The notes under the pieces were generated by a model. That model saw only the letters and a list, made by a program, of their open reading frames with translations. It did not search any database and was not told the origin of the DNA. From positions 128,001 through 192,000 of the forward strand of contig CBDDDG010000001.1 of assembly GCA_965226555.1 (NCBI GenBank): a stretch of DNA of 64,000 nt, given 5' to 3'. Below are positions 1 to 10,281 of this stretch, in pieces. Each line of letters starts with the position of its first letter. The stretch's first letter is position 1. The translations under genes and the position numbers were made by a program. This DNA is from Salinispira sp. (GTDB taxonomy: Bacteria; Spirochaetota; Spirochaetia; DSM-27196; Salinispiraceae).

Positions 1-529
1 GAATGAGGTCTGGGCATCGGACCTCACGTACCTGCCCGCCGGCGCAGGATTTGCGTACCTTGTTGTGGTTCTGGACATCTATACCCGGGAAATTACGGGC
101 TGGAATGTCAGTGATTCCATGGAGAGCACACAGACGGAAAAGGCTCTGTTACAGGCCGTACGGAGAACTCCCGGGGAGTTGAATAGCTTGGTCTTTCATT
201 CAGATCAGGGAACGCAGTATTGCGCGCAGAGCATTCGAGACAAACTGGAAATGTTACATATTACCCAGTCGATGTCGAGAAGGGGGAATTGCTACGATAA
301 TGCCTTTGTGGAAAGTTTTTTCCACACGCTGAAGAATGAGCTTGGTAAGCCGAGGTTTCAGAACCTTCAGGAGGCGCGGAAGATAGTTTTTGAATACATC
401 AACTGGTATAACCGAGAGAGGCTTCATTCTTCTCTTGACTATATGAGTCCGATGAATTATGCTTTGAAAACAGCAGGAGAATCCTGTTGTGTTGCTTAGC
501 GGATTGTCCGAATTTTCGAAGCAAGATCA
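1..529 (+). mobile_element. IS3-family insertion sequence, 3' part (OrfB integrase core; left part outside window)
   Basis: ORF to 499 has W..D.TY upstream, 'FHSDQGTQY', 'SMSRRGNCYDNAFVESFFHTLK' and 'YNRERLHSSL' motifs. Right end tgtccgaattttcgaagcaagatCA ends in CA at 529, as is typical of IS3. Confidence 0.9.
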
Positions 530-684
530 GAAAGAAAAAGTTCTCCATGAAATTTCTATAGATTCTTCGCATGAAATTTTTATGAACATTGAATCATGTT
601 CTCAAAATGAATAAATTATGACTTCATTGAAAATTTACGAAAAGAATTATCGGTATAAAGCACCCCAAGGAGCAGGATAGTACA

Positions 685-2502
685 ATGCTTAAACAACTGT
701 TATTACTTGCCCGACCCGGACGCGGCAAACAATTCATATTCGTAACCCTCATTATGCTTGCCAGTACAATAAGTGAACTTGCTATGTTAGGATTCTTGGG
801 GCTTTTTATTACCTCCATACTAAATCCTGACGGAATTGCCGATAATGAATTTTTTCAGTTTCTGGATCAATTATTATCAATAAACATTACACAGAATTCT
901 CTAACCTACATTATTACCTTTCTTGGTATTCTGGTTATTTTTGCTGCTGTTTTTAAAAGTCTGGTGCGTATATTATCTATCTATGCCATGAGCCGGTACA
1001 GCGAGGCTGTCGCTGGCGATGTTGTGTATGACGTTATACATAATTTACTACATGCCAATTATGAAAAAGTGCTCCTCCTCAATCGTTCTGAAATCATTCA
1101 GAATATTGAATGGAGAATGCATATAAGAGCATACCTACTTTCAATAATTTTTGTCATTGGTGAAATATCCGTGAGCGCGTTAATAATTACCGGCCTCATA
1201 ATAACCAATCCGCTTCCGAGCATGGTTTTACTCGTTCTGTTAGGACTCTTTGCCGTATGGGTATTTACCTTTTTAAAGCGGATAATTGATGTAAAATCTC
1301 AACAGGTTACACAATTGGCAGGGAATATTTTCACCGAACTTCGACATTACATTAATGGTTTCAAAGATTTACTCATTTCGTGTTCCGAAGAAAACATTCT
1401 CAGGGAAATCAAAACTAAATTCACCGTGTTTTCCAGAATTTCGGGCACTCAAATATTCTTTTCACAGTTGCCTGCAATTATTGTTGAAGCATTGGGTTTT
1501 ATTGTTCTTGCGGGACTGAGTATTGTTTTACTCAATACGGAGCTATTTTCAATAACCGACCTCATAACATTACTTACGGTTTTCGCTGTTGCGCTATGGA
1601 GGGTCATACCCGGCATGGTTCGCTCAATGAACCGTTTTGGGCAAATACAGGTGTCCCGTCCCTATATTCAACGAATAATTACTACCATAAACGAGTTGGG
1701 AAAGTACCCCCATGAATGGCAGAGTACGGGAAAAAACATTAGCAAAATACATACTCTTTCTTTTAGTAACGTAACCTACCAATACCAGACCCGACCTGAT
1801 GCTGCCCTCAAAAACATTACCTTTTCGGCAAAGAGAGGAGAAAAAATTGGCATTATTGGTTCTTCTGGATCGGGCAAGAGTACGTTGGTAGATATGTTAA
1901 TAGGTCTCATTTCGCCCCGGAATGGTGAAGTGCGTGTTAATGATACTTCCCTCATGCAGGTTAACCGCGATAACTGGTTAAACCAAATTGGGTATGTTTC
2001 GCAATCTCCCTTTTTTTGCGACAGCAGCATTGCAGAAAATATTATTTTTGGACATAACGGGGCAAACGCTAATGAAAAACACCTGCGGCATGTTTGCGAC
2101 TTGGCGTCCATGAATTATATTAATGACCTGCCCAATGGATTACATACGCGAATTGGTGAGAAGGGTGTTCAGCTCTCAGGAGGGCAACTTCAGCGCATTG
2201 CCATTGCTCGAACACTGTATAGAAACCCCGTTCTCATTATTTTCGATGAAGCCACCAGCGCGCTTGATAACAGTACTGAAAAATCAATTATGAATACCAT
2301 TTACTCCATACAGGGAATAACCATGTTTATTGTTGCTCACCGGCTTAGTACGGTAAAACGTTGCGACAACATTCTCTGGATTGAAAATGGAGAACTGCAA
2401 GACTATGGTCCGCCCGATGTTGTTATTCCGCGGTATGAATTATATACTGCCCAACATACACCGCAATATGAACCGCCCCTGGTTTACGAAAGGGAAATGT
2501 AA
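685..2502 (+). CDS. ABC transporter permease/ATP-binding fusion, probably glycan/polysaccharide export (PglK/HetA-like)
   Basis: N-terminal TM helices, Walker A GSSGSGKST, LSGGQLQR signature, IIFDEATSALD; lies next to Wzz-like and glycosyltransferase genes. Confidence 0.85.
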   Translation: MLKQLLLLARPGRGKQFIFVTLIMLASTISELAMLGFLGLFITSILNPDGIADNEFFQFLDQLLSINITQNSLTYIITFLGILVIFAAVFKSLVRILSIYAMSRYSEAVAGDVVYDVIHNLLHANYEKVLLLNRSEIIQNIEWRMHIRAYLLSIIFVIGEISVSALIITGLIITNPLPSMVLLVLLGLFAVWVFTFLKRIIDVKSQQVTQLAGNIFTELRHYINGFKDLLISCSEENILREIKTKFTVFSRISGTQIFFSQLPAIIVEALGFIVLAGLSIVLLNTELFSITDLITLLTVFAVALWRVIPGMVRSMNRFGQIQVSRPYIQRIITTINELGKYPHEWQSTGKNISKIHTLSFSNVTYQYQTRPDAALKNITFSAKRGEKIGIIGSSGSGKSTLVDMLIGLISPRNGEVRVNDTSLMQVNRDNWLNQIGYVSQSPFFCDSSIAENIIFGHNGANANEKHLRHVCDLASMNYINDLPNGLHTRIGEKGVQLSGGQLQRIAIARTLYRNPVLIIFDEATSALDNSTEKSIMNTIYSIQGITMFIVAHRLSTVKRCDNILWIENGELQDYGPPDVVIPRYELYTAQHTPQYEPPLVYEREM

Positions 2503-2512
2503 ATCTATAATG

Positions 2513-2911
2513 ATGGGTACTATGGTATACACAAAGAGATACCCGGAGGAGACTCGGGAGAATACCCGGTGGTCGAATATTCGCTGTCGTGTGGAACCTG
2601 TGTTTGCGCAGCGAAAGGGGGCATTGAGATTTCGGCAGGTCAGGCGGAAGGGACTGAAAAGAGCGAGATTTGAGATTGGTTTGGGAAATATGGTCTACAA
2701 CATGCAGAGAATGTGTTTTTTGATCAATCGGTTGCAGTCGGGATAAGGCAACACCCCGAAAAAGTATGAAAGAAACAAGCGGAAAACACCGAAAAACGGG
2801 GGCGCAAAACAAAAACCTCTGCAAAAAATGGGCAGAAGTGTTGACATATACGTATTTTTTGGTGATACTCAGAGTACAGTGGAGCTTAAAAAAACGTTAT
2901 TTCCGCGATGC
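2513..2911 (+). mobile_element. IS5-family remnant (transposase C-terminus plus probable right end)
   Basis: 'RCRVEPVFAQRKG...RRKGLKRARFEIGLGNMVYNMQR' matches the DDE_Tnp_1 C-terminal pattern; no N-terminal part. Right boundary is approximate. Confidence 0.7.
2841..2869 (+). promoter_or_regulatory. sigma70-like promoter TTGACA-N17-GATACT
   Basis: Perfect -35 hexamer, 17-bp spacer, 4/6 -10 match; points toward the Wzz-like gene. Confidence 0.5.
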
Positions 2912-2961
2912 AGTGTGAAATACCCGCGTTTCCAGAGCTTCCCAAAATAATGGAGGAACCC

Positions 2962-3831
2962 ATGAATGAATCAACGCAGGAAGCCATAAACACTTCCGAG
3001 AATGCCGACTACCTTACAATAGGCGACATAATAGCATTTTTTGCGGCATACCGAAAACTCATTCTCATTCCCACTGTCGTGCTCAGCATACTCCTGTTCA
3101 TTTTCCTTATTTTTACACCGCTACTGACCCGCTTTGTCAATCCAAACACTAGTAATGCCTATGTAACAGTCATATCAGTTCCTTCAAGTGTTCAATCGGC
3201 ATTAATTATGCAGCAGTCAGTACAGCAACAAATTACCACCCTGTTGAACAGCCCCCCATTTCTCTTAGACGTACTTAATAGTTTTGATAGTGAATATCTA
3301 AAAATTGATTCTTATGAGAAAATTTCCGATATTGTGCAGCATAGGTGGATAGGGAGTAACTTGACTATAACGGTACGCTTGGATAATAGTGAAGACTTTC
3401 TGAAACTATTGCTGAACAAGCTAACTATGGAAATTACCGCAGAACTGAATAGCCTATACGAGCTGTACTTAGTCCGAAACGATAGCATTCTGGCGCAGGT
3501 CGAGCAATTGTTAAGTTCGTACTTCGTGGAAGAATGGACTCCCGAATCGCTCATAGGAATTAGCGTGCTGAATTTTGTTAACCAACGTTTATCGGTAATA
3601 GGTTACTTTGGCGATGGAATAATTACTATTTGGGAGAATAATCAAATATTAATAGAAGAGCCGAACGAAAATATCGGCATTAGTACATCCATCATTTTTA
3701 TGATATCTGCCATAGCAGCAAATTTCATTCTATTTTCCGTATTGGCTCTCATCGTCAATTTTTTCAGGAGCATCCAGAACAACCCTGTGGAAAAAGAAAA
3801 AATCCGCAACGCGCTGAGCTCAACGAAATAG
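2962..3831 (+). CDS. Wzz-like polysaccharide co-polymerase / chain-length determinant membrane protein
   Basis: GGAGG SD before ATG 2962; 'DYLTIGDIIAFFAAYRKLIL' N-terminus; two TM segments flanking a periplasmic domain. Confidence 0.55.
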   Translation: MNESTQEAINTSENADYLTIGDIIAFFAAYRKLILIPTVVLSILLFIFLIFTPLLTRFVNPNTSNAYVTVISVPSSVQSALIMQQSVQQQITTLLNSPPFLLDVLNSFDSEYLKIDSYEKISDIVQHRWIGSNLTITVRLDNSEDFLKLLLNKLTMEITAELNSLYELYLVRNDSILAQVEQLLSSYFVEEWTPESLIGISVLNFVNQRLSVIGYFGDGIITIWENNQILIEEPNENIGISTSIIFMISAIAANFILFSVLALIVNFFRSIQNNPVEKEKIRNALSSTK

Positions 3832-3834
3832 GAG

Positions 3835-4938
3835 ATAATAGTTGCGAAATGGCGTCCGTCCAAAACTTTCAGTTATTCTGTTCTGCGGATATTTCATCAT
3901 CCTGCTCCCACAGATAAATATGCCGAAATGCTGAAAAAAATGGGTTGTACCGTGCGCGGGCTGCGCTTTTCTCCAGATAGCCTGAACCCCCTAACAGATT
4001 TTTTTCTCGTAGTAAAATTGTTTTTTCATTATCGCTATTACAGACCCGATATAGTTATGCTATATACCGTTAAACTTAATATTTATGGTTCCATAGCAAG
4101 TCAACTCCTTGCAATTCCGCAAATAAGCACTGTAACCGGACTTGGACCAACGTTCGATACAAATAATTGGCTAACCAGTTTTGTGAGCGCATTGTACCGT
4201 ATCGCTTTATGGCCTGCGGAAAAGGTATTTTTTCAGAATGAATCGAATGCCGAGACCTTTGCCTCACGCAAAATAGTGAGAAGAGAACAAATTGTACGCG
4301 TTACTGGTTCTGGAGTAGATCTAACACATTTCACCCCAGAGCGATCTCCCGGTTCCCATCTGTTTCAACAAGGAACAAACTTTCTCCTCATAGCGCGCAT
4401 GCTCTGGACTAAGGGAATTGGAGAATATGTTGAAGCTGCGCGGCTCATAAAACAGGAATATACCAATGTTGAATTTTACCTGTTAGGGCCATCCGGTGCG
4501 GGAAATTCGGCAGCAGTATCTCAGGCGCGCATTGACGAATGGATGAGTGAGGGACTTGTGCAGCACTTGGGAGTTTGCGATGATGTGCGGCCCTACATAG
4601 CCTCCGCAAGCTGTGTGGTACTTCCGTCATACTACCATGAGGGATTATCCCGCGTACTCATGGAAGCAGCCGCCATGGCCGTACCCGTTATTACAACAGA
4701 TTGGGCGGGTTGTCGCGAAACTGTAGAAAATGGCATAACAGGGTATCTCTGTCAGCCGAGGAATGCCGTATCTCTCCACGAACAAATAAAGAAATTTATT
4801 TCCCTCTCTGCCGATGAACAGCAAACAATGGGCGAACAGGGACGGAAAAAAGCCGAGCAGGAATTCGACAAGAAAGTTGTTGCAAAAAAATACATGAGCG
4901 AAATGAAACAAATTCTTTTTCAGGATCATAAACAATAA
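3835..4938 (+). pseudogene. GT4 glycosyltransferase (PglA/CapM-like) with eroded N-terminus
   Basis: ORF 3928-4938 has YTVKLNIYG, GSGVD, KGIGEYVEAA and EGLSRVLMEAAA..PVITTD..GCRE. The expected N-terminal strand is present only as frameshifted fragments (IVAKW, NF, GYFII|APTDKY) with no start codon. Confidence 0.6.
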
Positions 4939-5206
4939 TGCAAAATATAAAGCAACCCATATGTTCTCAAATCAAGGAGTTTATAACCAATGACGGTAAT
5001 CGGTAAAGGCACAGTACTGTCTATTCCAAGCGATATCCAGAATGGGCTGTCTTTTAATCTGGTAAATAGAATAAGACGCATTTGAATAGTCCAACATTCA
5101 TTTGGAATGCGCTGAATATCTGAGCATTCCTGAAGGAACTGGCATGTAAGGTTGAGCAAAATGTTGATATCATCCGCTCTGCGCGCAGGCCGAGCGGCGC
5201 CAATTA

Positions 5207-5494
5207 TTAATGCGATCCGTTCCGCACTGTCCGCATTTCCTCATCGCTCAGCCCGGTAATTCTCTGAACAGCCTCTGTCGACAAGCCTTCCAAAAACATA
5301 CTGCGGGCGTTTTTTCTCCGCTCCTCAATATGCCCCTCAGCGCGACCTTTCAGAATACCCTTTTCCATACCCTTCGCAATGCCCTCAGCCCGGCCCTTTG
5401 TGATACCCTGCTCAAGACCCTCAACACGGCCTTTCAGAATACCCTTCTCCATGCCTTCCCTGACGAAGGCGTTGGTTATGTTATATGTCCGCAT
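5207..5494 (-). CDS. Predicted intragenic RpnS small protein (95 aa), copy 1
   Basis: GAAGGAGaaaacagtATG in frame within rpn. Equivalent starts at 6917, 8153, 9575 and 11160. Confidence 0.65.
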   Translation of the reverse strand: MRTYNITNAFVREGMEKGILKGRVEGLEQGITKGRAEGIAKGMEKGILKGRAEGHIEERRKNARSMFLEGLSTEAVQRITGLSDEEMRTVRNGSH

Positions 5495-5940
5495 ACTGTT
5501 TTCTCCTTCAGGATATAGTTTCCTGTTAATTTTCTCAAACTGTTCATACAGTCCCAAGTCCTTCAGGTAGCCCAGCACACTCTCTGCCAGATCAGTAAAG
5601 TCTTGTGAAGACAGACCGTTCAGGAGCTGCGCAATTTCTTTCAGCCCCTCAGTGTCCATTTCATTATCTCGCATTATATACCACAATGCAGTCGATGTAT
5701 ATCGGTTTTCATCGGAACGCCATGCCAACTGTTTCTTTGTCATTCTACAAAGATCGCGCACAATGTACGACACTTTCACCCTGACATCTACCGTGCCTTC
5801 AATCATAGATTCGAAAGCAGCATTTCCATGCGAACTGTAAAATGTGAGTGGGAGGTTCCATTCCTTTTTTCCATGGTAGAGCAGCAGTATATAGATAGCA
5901 TCATTTTCATTGTACACATTGCTGTTTCTGAGGGCATGCT

Positions 5941-6071
5941 ACAGAAACTTTTGCTACTGGAAATTGTGCAGAGCACAATTTCCAGTAGCAAAAGTTTCAA
6001 ATTCGGAATGCTTTCTTTGTGCTTAGCATTCTCCTATTTCATAGAAAGTTTTGCCTGTGGCAAAACTTTGT
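5941..6071 (+). mobile_element. 131-bp palindromic mini-element (MITE/REPIN-like) inserted in rpn copy 1
   Basis: Empty site gcatgct|gataatt is visible in copy 2. Perfect 26-bp-arm hairpin, ~45-nt core, 11-bp-arm hairpin; no target duplication. Confidence 0.85.
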
Positions 6072-6641
6072 GATAATTATCGATTTGAGTGAGCGCATGT
6101 TTATGCTGGTAGCTTTTGTGTTCAATAATGAACAGGGCTTTCCGGTCGGGGTCTGACAGGAAGGGGGCGCTGACAACGAGATCGCAGTGAATGTTCTTTT
6201 TTCCCGCAATGTAGCTGGGGTTTTCAATGCGGATTTTGTCCATGTCCAGCTTGGCAAGAGTTGTATCCTCACAGAACAGCCGCAGCAGGTCGAGAATCAT
6301 ACGGGGGGTTCTGTAGTAGGCGATCTTGAAGGCTATGTCGTGGATGTTGCCTGTGCTATGGGATGATTTTTTCATATTCTTCCTCCTACATCTGTGACGG
6401 GAGAAAAACGAGATATGAATGACAAAATGAGAAATTTTTGTGAAATTTTGTAATTATTTTTTTAGAAGGGTATGTTCCCGGAAACATCCGAGCATGATGA
6501 ACAGGCAGTTCAGGATCTGGCGCGAGAGTTTATGCAGACAGGAGCTGCAACGCGGGTCGCGCTGCAACTCCTGTTTAATTTAATCTGTTCCAGACGCATG
6601 GGTGAGCCGGATGCGTGGTCGAGCAGGCCGAGCGGCGATAA

Positions 6642-7667
6642 TTAATGCGATCCATTCCGCACTGTCCGCATTTCCTCATCGCTCAGCCCGGTAATTCTCT
6701 GAACGGCCTCTGTCGACAAGCCTTCCAAAAACATACTGCGGGCGTTTTTTCTCCGCTCCTCAATATGCCCCTCAGCACGACCTGTTCGCAGACCTTTCAG
6801 AATGCCTTTCTCCATGCCCTGCTCAAGACCCTCAGCGCGACCTTTCAGAATACCCTTTTCCATACCTTTCTCCATACCTTCCCTGACGAAGGCGTTGGTT
6901 ATGTTATATGTCCGCATACTGTTTTCTCCTTCAGGGTACAGTTCCCTGTTAATTTTCTCAAACTGTTCATACAGTCCCAAATCTTTTAGATAACCCAGCA
7001 CACTCTCTGCCAGATCAGTAAAGTCTTGTGAAGACAGACCGTTCAGGAGCTGCGCAATCTCTTTCAGCCCCTCAGCATCAATCTCATTATCTCGCATTAT
7101 ATACCACAACGCAGTCGATGTATATCGTTTTTCATCAGAACGCCATGCCAACTGTTTCTTTGTCATTCTACAAAGATCGCGCACAATGTACGACACTTTC
7201 ACCCTGACATCTACCGTGCCTTCAATCATAGATTCGAAAGCAGCATTTCCATGCGAACTGTAAAATTCGCGCTGGAGGTTCCATTCCTTTTTTCCATGGT
7301 AGAGCAGCAGTATATAGATAGCATCTTTTTCATTGTACACATTGCTGTTTCTGAGGGCATGCTGATAATTATCGATTTGAGTGAGCGCATGTTTATGCTG
7401 GTAGCTTTTGTGTTCAATAATGAACAGGGCTTTCCGGTCGGGGTCTGATAAGAAGGGGGCGCTGACAACGAGATCGCAGTGAAGGTTCTTTTTTCCCGCA
7501 ATGTAGCTGGGGTTTTCAATGCGGATTTTGTCCATGTCCAGCTTGGAAAGCGTTGTATCCTCACAGAACAGCCGCAGCAGGTCGGGAATCATACGGGGGG
7601 TTCTGTAGTAGGCGATCTTGAAGGCTATGTCGTGGATATGGCCTGTGCTGTGGGATGATTTTTTCAT
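6642..7667 (-). CDS. Rpn-family nuclease/putative transposase, array copy 2 (intact)
   Basis: AGGAGG SD then ATG 7667; HD..FK, D..EHK PD-(D/E)XK core, LYHG..W, EG-repeat tail and C-terminal HTH. Confidence 0.9.
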   Translation of the reverse strand: MKKSSHSTGHIHDIAFKIAYYRTPRMIPDLLRLFCEDTTLSKLDMDKIRIENPSYIAGKKNLHCDLVVSAPFLSDPDRKALFIIEHKSYQHKHALTQIDNYQHALRNSNVYNEKDAIYILLLYHGKKEWNLQREFYSSHGNAAFESMIEGTVDVRVKVSYIVRDLCRMTKKQLAWRSDEKRYTSTALWYIMRDNEIDAEGLKEIAQLLNGLSSQDFTDLAESVLGYLKDLGLYEQFEKINRELYPEGENSMRTYNITNAFVREGMEKGMEKGILKGRAEGLEQGMEKGILKGLRTGRAEGHIEERRKNARSMFLEGLSTEAVQRITGLSDEEMRTVRNGSH

Positions 7668-7925
7668 AAACATTCCTCCTACATCTGTGACGGGAGAAAA
7701 ACGAGATATGAATGACAAAATAAGAAATTTTTGTGAAATTTTGTAATTATTTTTTTTAGAAGGGTATGTTCCCGGAAACATCCGAGCATGATGAACAGGC
7801 AGTTCAGGATCTGGCGCGAGAGTTTATGCAGACAGAGCTGCAACGCGGGTCGCGCTGCAACTCCTGTTTAATTTAATCTGTTCCAGACGCATGGGTGAGC
7901 CGGATGCGTGGTCGAGCGCCAATTA

Positions 7926-8903
7926 TTAATGCGATCCGTTCCGCACTGTCCGCATTTCCTCATCGCTCAGCCCGGTAACCTTCCGAACGTCATCTGCTGA
8001 AAGTCCTATGGAAAACATACTGCGGGCGTTTTTTCTCCGCTCCTCAATATGCCCCTCAGCGCGACCTTTCAGAATGCCCTTCTCCATTCCTTTCAGAATA
8101 CCTTTCGCAATGCCTTCCCTGACGAAGGCGTTGGTTATGTTATATGTCCGCATACTGTTTTCTCCTTCAGGGTACAGTTCCCTGTTAATTTTCTCAAACT
8201 GTTCATACAGTCCCAAATCTTTTAGATAACCCAGCACACTCTCTGCCAGATCAGTAAAGTCTTGTGAAGACAGACCGTTCAGGAGCTGCGCAATCTCTTT
8301 CAGCCCCTCAGCATCCATCTCATTATCTCGCATTATATACCACAACGCAGTCGATGTATATCGTTTTTCATCGGAACGCCATGCCAACTGCTTCTTTGTC
8401 ATTCTACAAAGATCGCGCACAATGTACGACACTTTCACCTTGACATCTACCGTGCCTTCGGTAAGGGATTCGGAAGCAGCATTTCCATGTGAACTGTAAA
8501 ATGTGAGTGGGAGGTTCCATTCCTTTTTTCCATGGTAGAGCAGCAGTATATAGATAGCATCATTTTCATTGTACACATTGCTGTTTCTGAGGGCATATTG
8601 ATAGTTATCGATTTGAATGAGAGCATGTTTATGCTGGTAGCTTTTGTGCTCAATAATGAATAGAGCCTTCCGCTCGGGGTCTGACAGGAAGGGGGCGCTG
8701 ACAACGAGATCGCAGTGAAGATTCTTTTTTCCTGCAATGTAGCTGGGGGTTTCAATGCGGATTTTGTCCATGTCCAGCTTGGCAAGAGTTGTATCCTCAC
8801 AGAACAGGCGCAGCAGGTCGGGAATCATACGGGGGGTTCTGTAGTAGGCGATCTTGAAGGCTATGTCGTGGATATGGCCTGTGCTCTGGGATGATTTTTT
8901 CAT
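7926..8903 (-). CDS. Rpn-family nuclease/putative transposase, array copy 3 (intact)
   Basis: As copy 2, but with a different C-terminal HTH segment (MFSIGLSADDVRKVTGLS). Confidence 0.9.
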   Translation of the reverse strand: MKKSSQSTGHIHDIAFKIAYYRTPRMIPDLLRLFCEDTTLAKLDMDKIRIETPSYIAGKKNLHCDLVVSAPFLSDPERKALFIIEHKSYQHKHALIQIDNYQYALRNSNVYNENDAIYILLLYHGKKEWNLPLTFYSSHGNAASESLTEGTVDVKVKVSYIVRDLCRMTKKQLAWRSDEKRYTSTALWYIMRDNEMDAEGLKEIAQLLNGLSSQDFTDLAESVLGYLKDLGLYEQFEKINRELYPEGENSMRTYNITNAFVREGIAKGILKGMEKGILKGRAEGHIEERRKNARSMFSIGLSADDVRKVTGLSDEEMRTVRNGSH

Positions 8904-9588
8904 AAACATTCCTCCTACATCTGTGACAGGAGAAAAACGAGATATGAATGACAAAATGAGAAATTTTTTCAAAAAAGTGAAAGTTTCTTCCTGAAGAGGT
9001 AAGTTCCCATACCATATAGACGGGCTACATTGAATGGTAAATGATACAATGAGAAATTTTTGTGAAATTTTGTAATTATTTTTTTTAGAAGGGTATGTTC
9101 CCGGAAACATCCGAGCATGATGAACAGGCAGTTCAGGATCTGGCGCGAGAGTTTATGCAGACAGAGCTGCAACGCGGGTCGCGCTGCAACTCCTGTTTAA
9201 TTTAATCTGTTCCAGACGCATGGGTGAGCCGGATGCGTGGTCGAGCAGGCCGAGCGCCAATTATTAATGCGATCCGTTCCGCACTGTCCGCATTTCCTCA
9301 TCGCTCAGCCCGGTAATTCTCTGAACGGCCTCTGTCGACAAGCCTTCCAAAAACATACTGCGGGCGTTTTTTCTCCGCTCCTCAATATGCCCCTCAGCGC
9401 GACCTGTTCGCAGTCCTTCCTGCCGACCTGTCTGCAATCCTGTCTGAAGTCCTTCCTGCCGACCCTTTGTGATACCCTGCTCAAGACCTTCAACACGACC
9501 TTTCAGAATACCCTTCTCCATACCCTTCGCAATGCCTTCCCTCACGAAGGCGTTGGTTATGTTATATGTCCGCATACTGTTTTCTCCT

Positions 9589-9718
9589 ACTGAAACTTTT
9601 GCATTGGAAAATTGTGCTTCGCACAATTTCCAGTAGCAAAAGTTTCACATTTGGCAGACCTCGTTGCGCTTGGCATTCTCTCATTTTGTAGAAAGTTTTG
9701 CCTGCGGCAAAACTTTGT
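9589..9718 (+). mobile_element. 130-bp palindromic mini-element, variant core
   Basis: Same termini (actgaaacttttgc...gcaaaactttgt) and two-hairpin layout as 5941-6071; absent from copies 1, 2, 3 and 5. Confidence 0.85.
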
Positions 9719-10151
9719 CTAGGATATAATTTCCTGTTAATTTTCTCAAACTGTTCATACAGTCCCAAGTCCTTCAGGTAGCCCAGCACACTCTCTGCCA
9801 GATCAGTAAAGTCTTGTGAAGACAGACCGTTCAGGAGCTGCGCAATTTCTTTCAGCCCCTCAGTGTCCATTTCATTATCTCGCATTATATACCACAATGC
9901 AGTCGATGTATATCGTTTTTCATCAGAACGCCATGCCAACTGTTTCTTTGTCATTCTACAAAGATCGCGCACAATGTACGACACTTTCACCCTGACATCT
10001 ACCGTGCCTTCAATCATAGATTCGAAAGCAGCATTTCCATGCGAACTGTAAAATGTGAGTGGGAGGTTCCATTCCTTTTTTCCATGGTAGAGCAGCAGTA
10101 TATAGATAGCATCTTTTTCATTGTACACATTGCTGTTTCTGAGGGCATGCT

Positions 10152-10281
10152 ACAGAAACTTTTGCATTGGAAAATTGTGCAAGCACAATTTCCAGTAGCA
10201 AAAGTTTCAAATTCGGAATGCTTTCTTTGTGCTTAGCATTCTCCTATTTCATAGAAAGTTTTGCCTGTGGCAAAACTTTGT
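10152..10281 (+). mobile_element. 130-bp palindromic mini-element at the same site as in copy 1
   Basis: Core and right hairpin are identical to 5941-6071; the left arm differs. Confidence 0.85.

Larger units (their letters stand above)
5207..6375 (-). pseudogene. Rpn-family nuclease/putative transposase, array copy 1, frameshifted by a 131-bp palindromic insertion
   Basis: HDIAFK, CDLVV and IEHKS motifs; collinear with intact copy 2 except for the insert at 5941-6071. Confidence 0.9.

Noticed and set aside
4926..5159. 77-aa minus-strand ORF after the glycosyltransferase
   Set aside because: No recognisable motif or SD; probably eroded DNA.
7766..7876. 36-aa plus-strand ORF (MFPETSEHDEQAVQDLAREF...) repeated in the rpn spacers
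   Set aside because: No properly spaced SD, frameshifted in the first spacer, and its conservation is explained by recent duplication. It cannot be fully excluded.
7668..9110. Long N-terminal extensions of rpn copies 2 and 3 (MFPGTYPSKK...)
   Set aside because: A strong AGGAGG SD precedes MKKSS, and the extension frame is not conserved among the copies.
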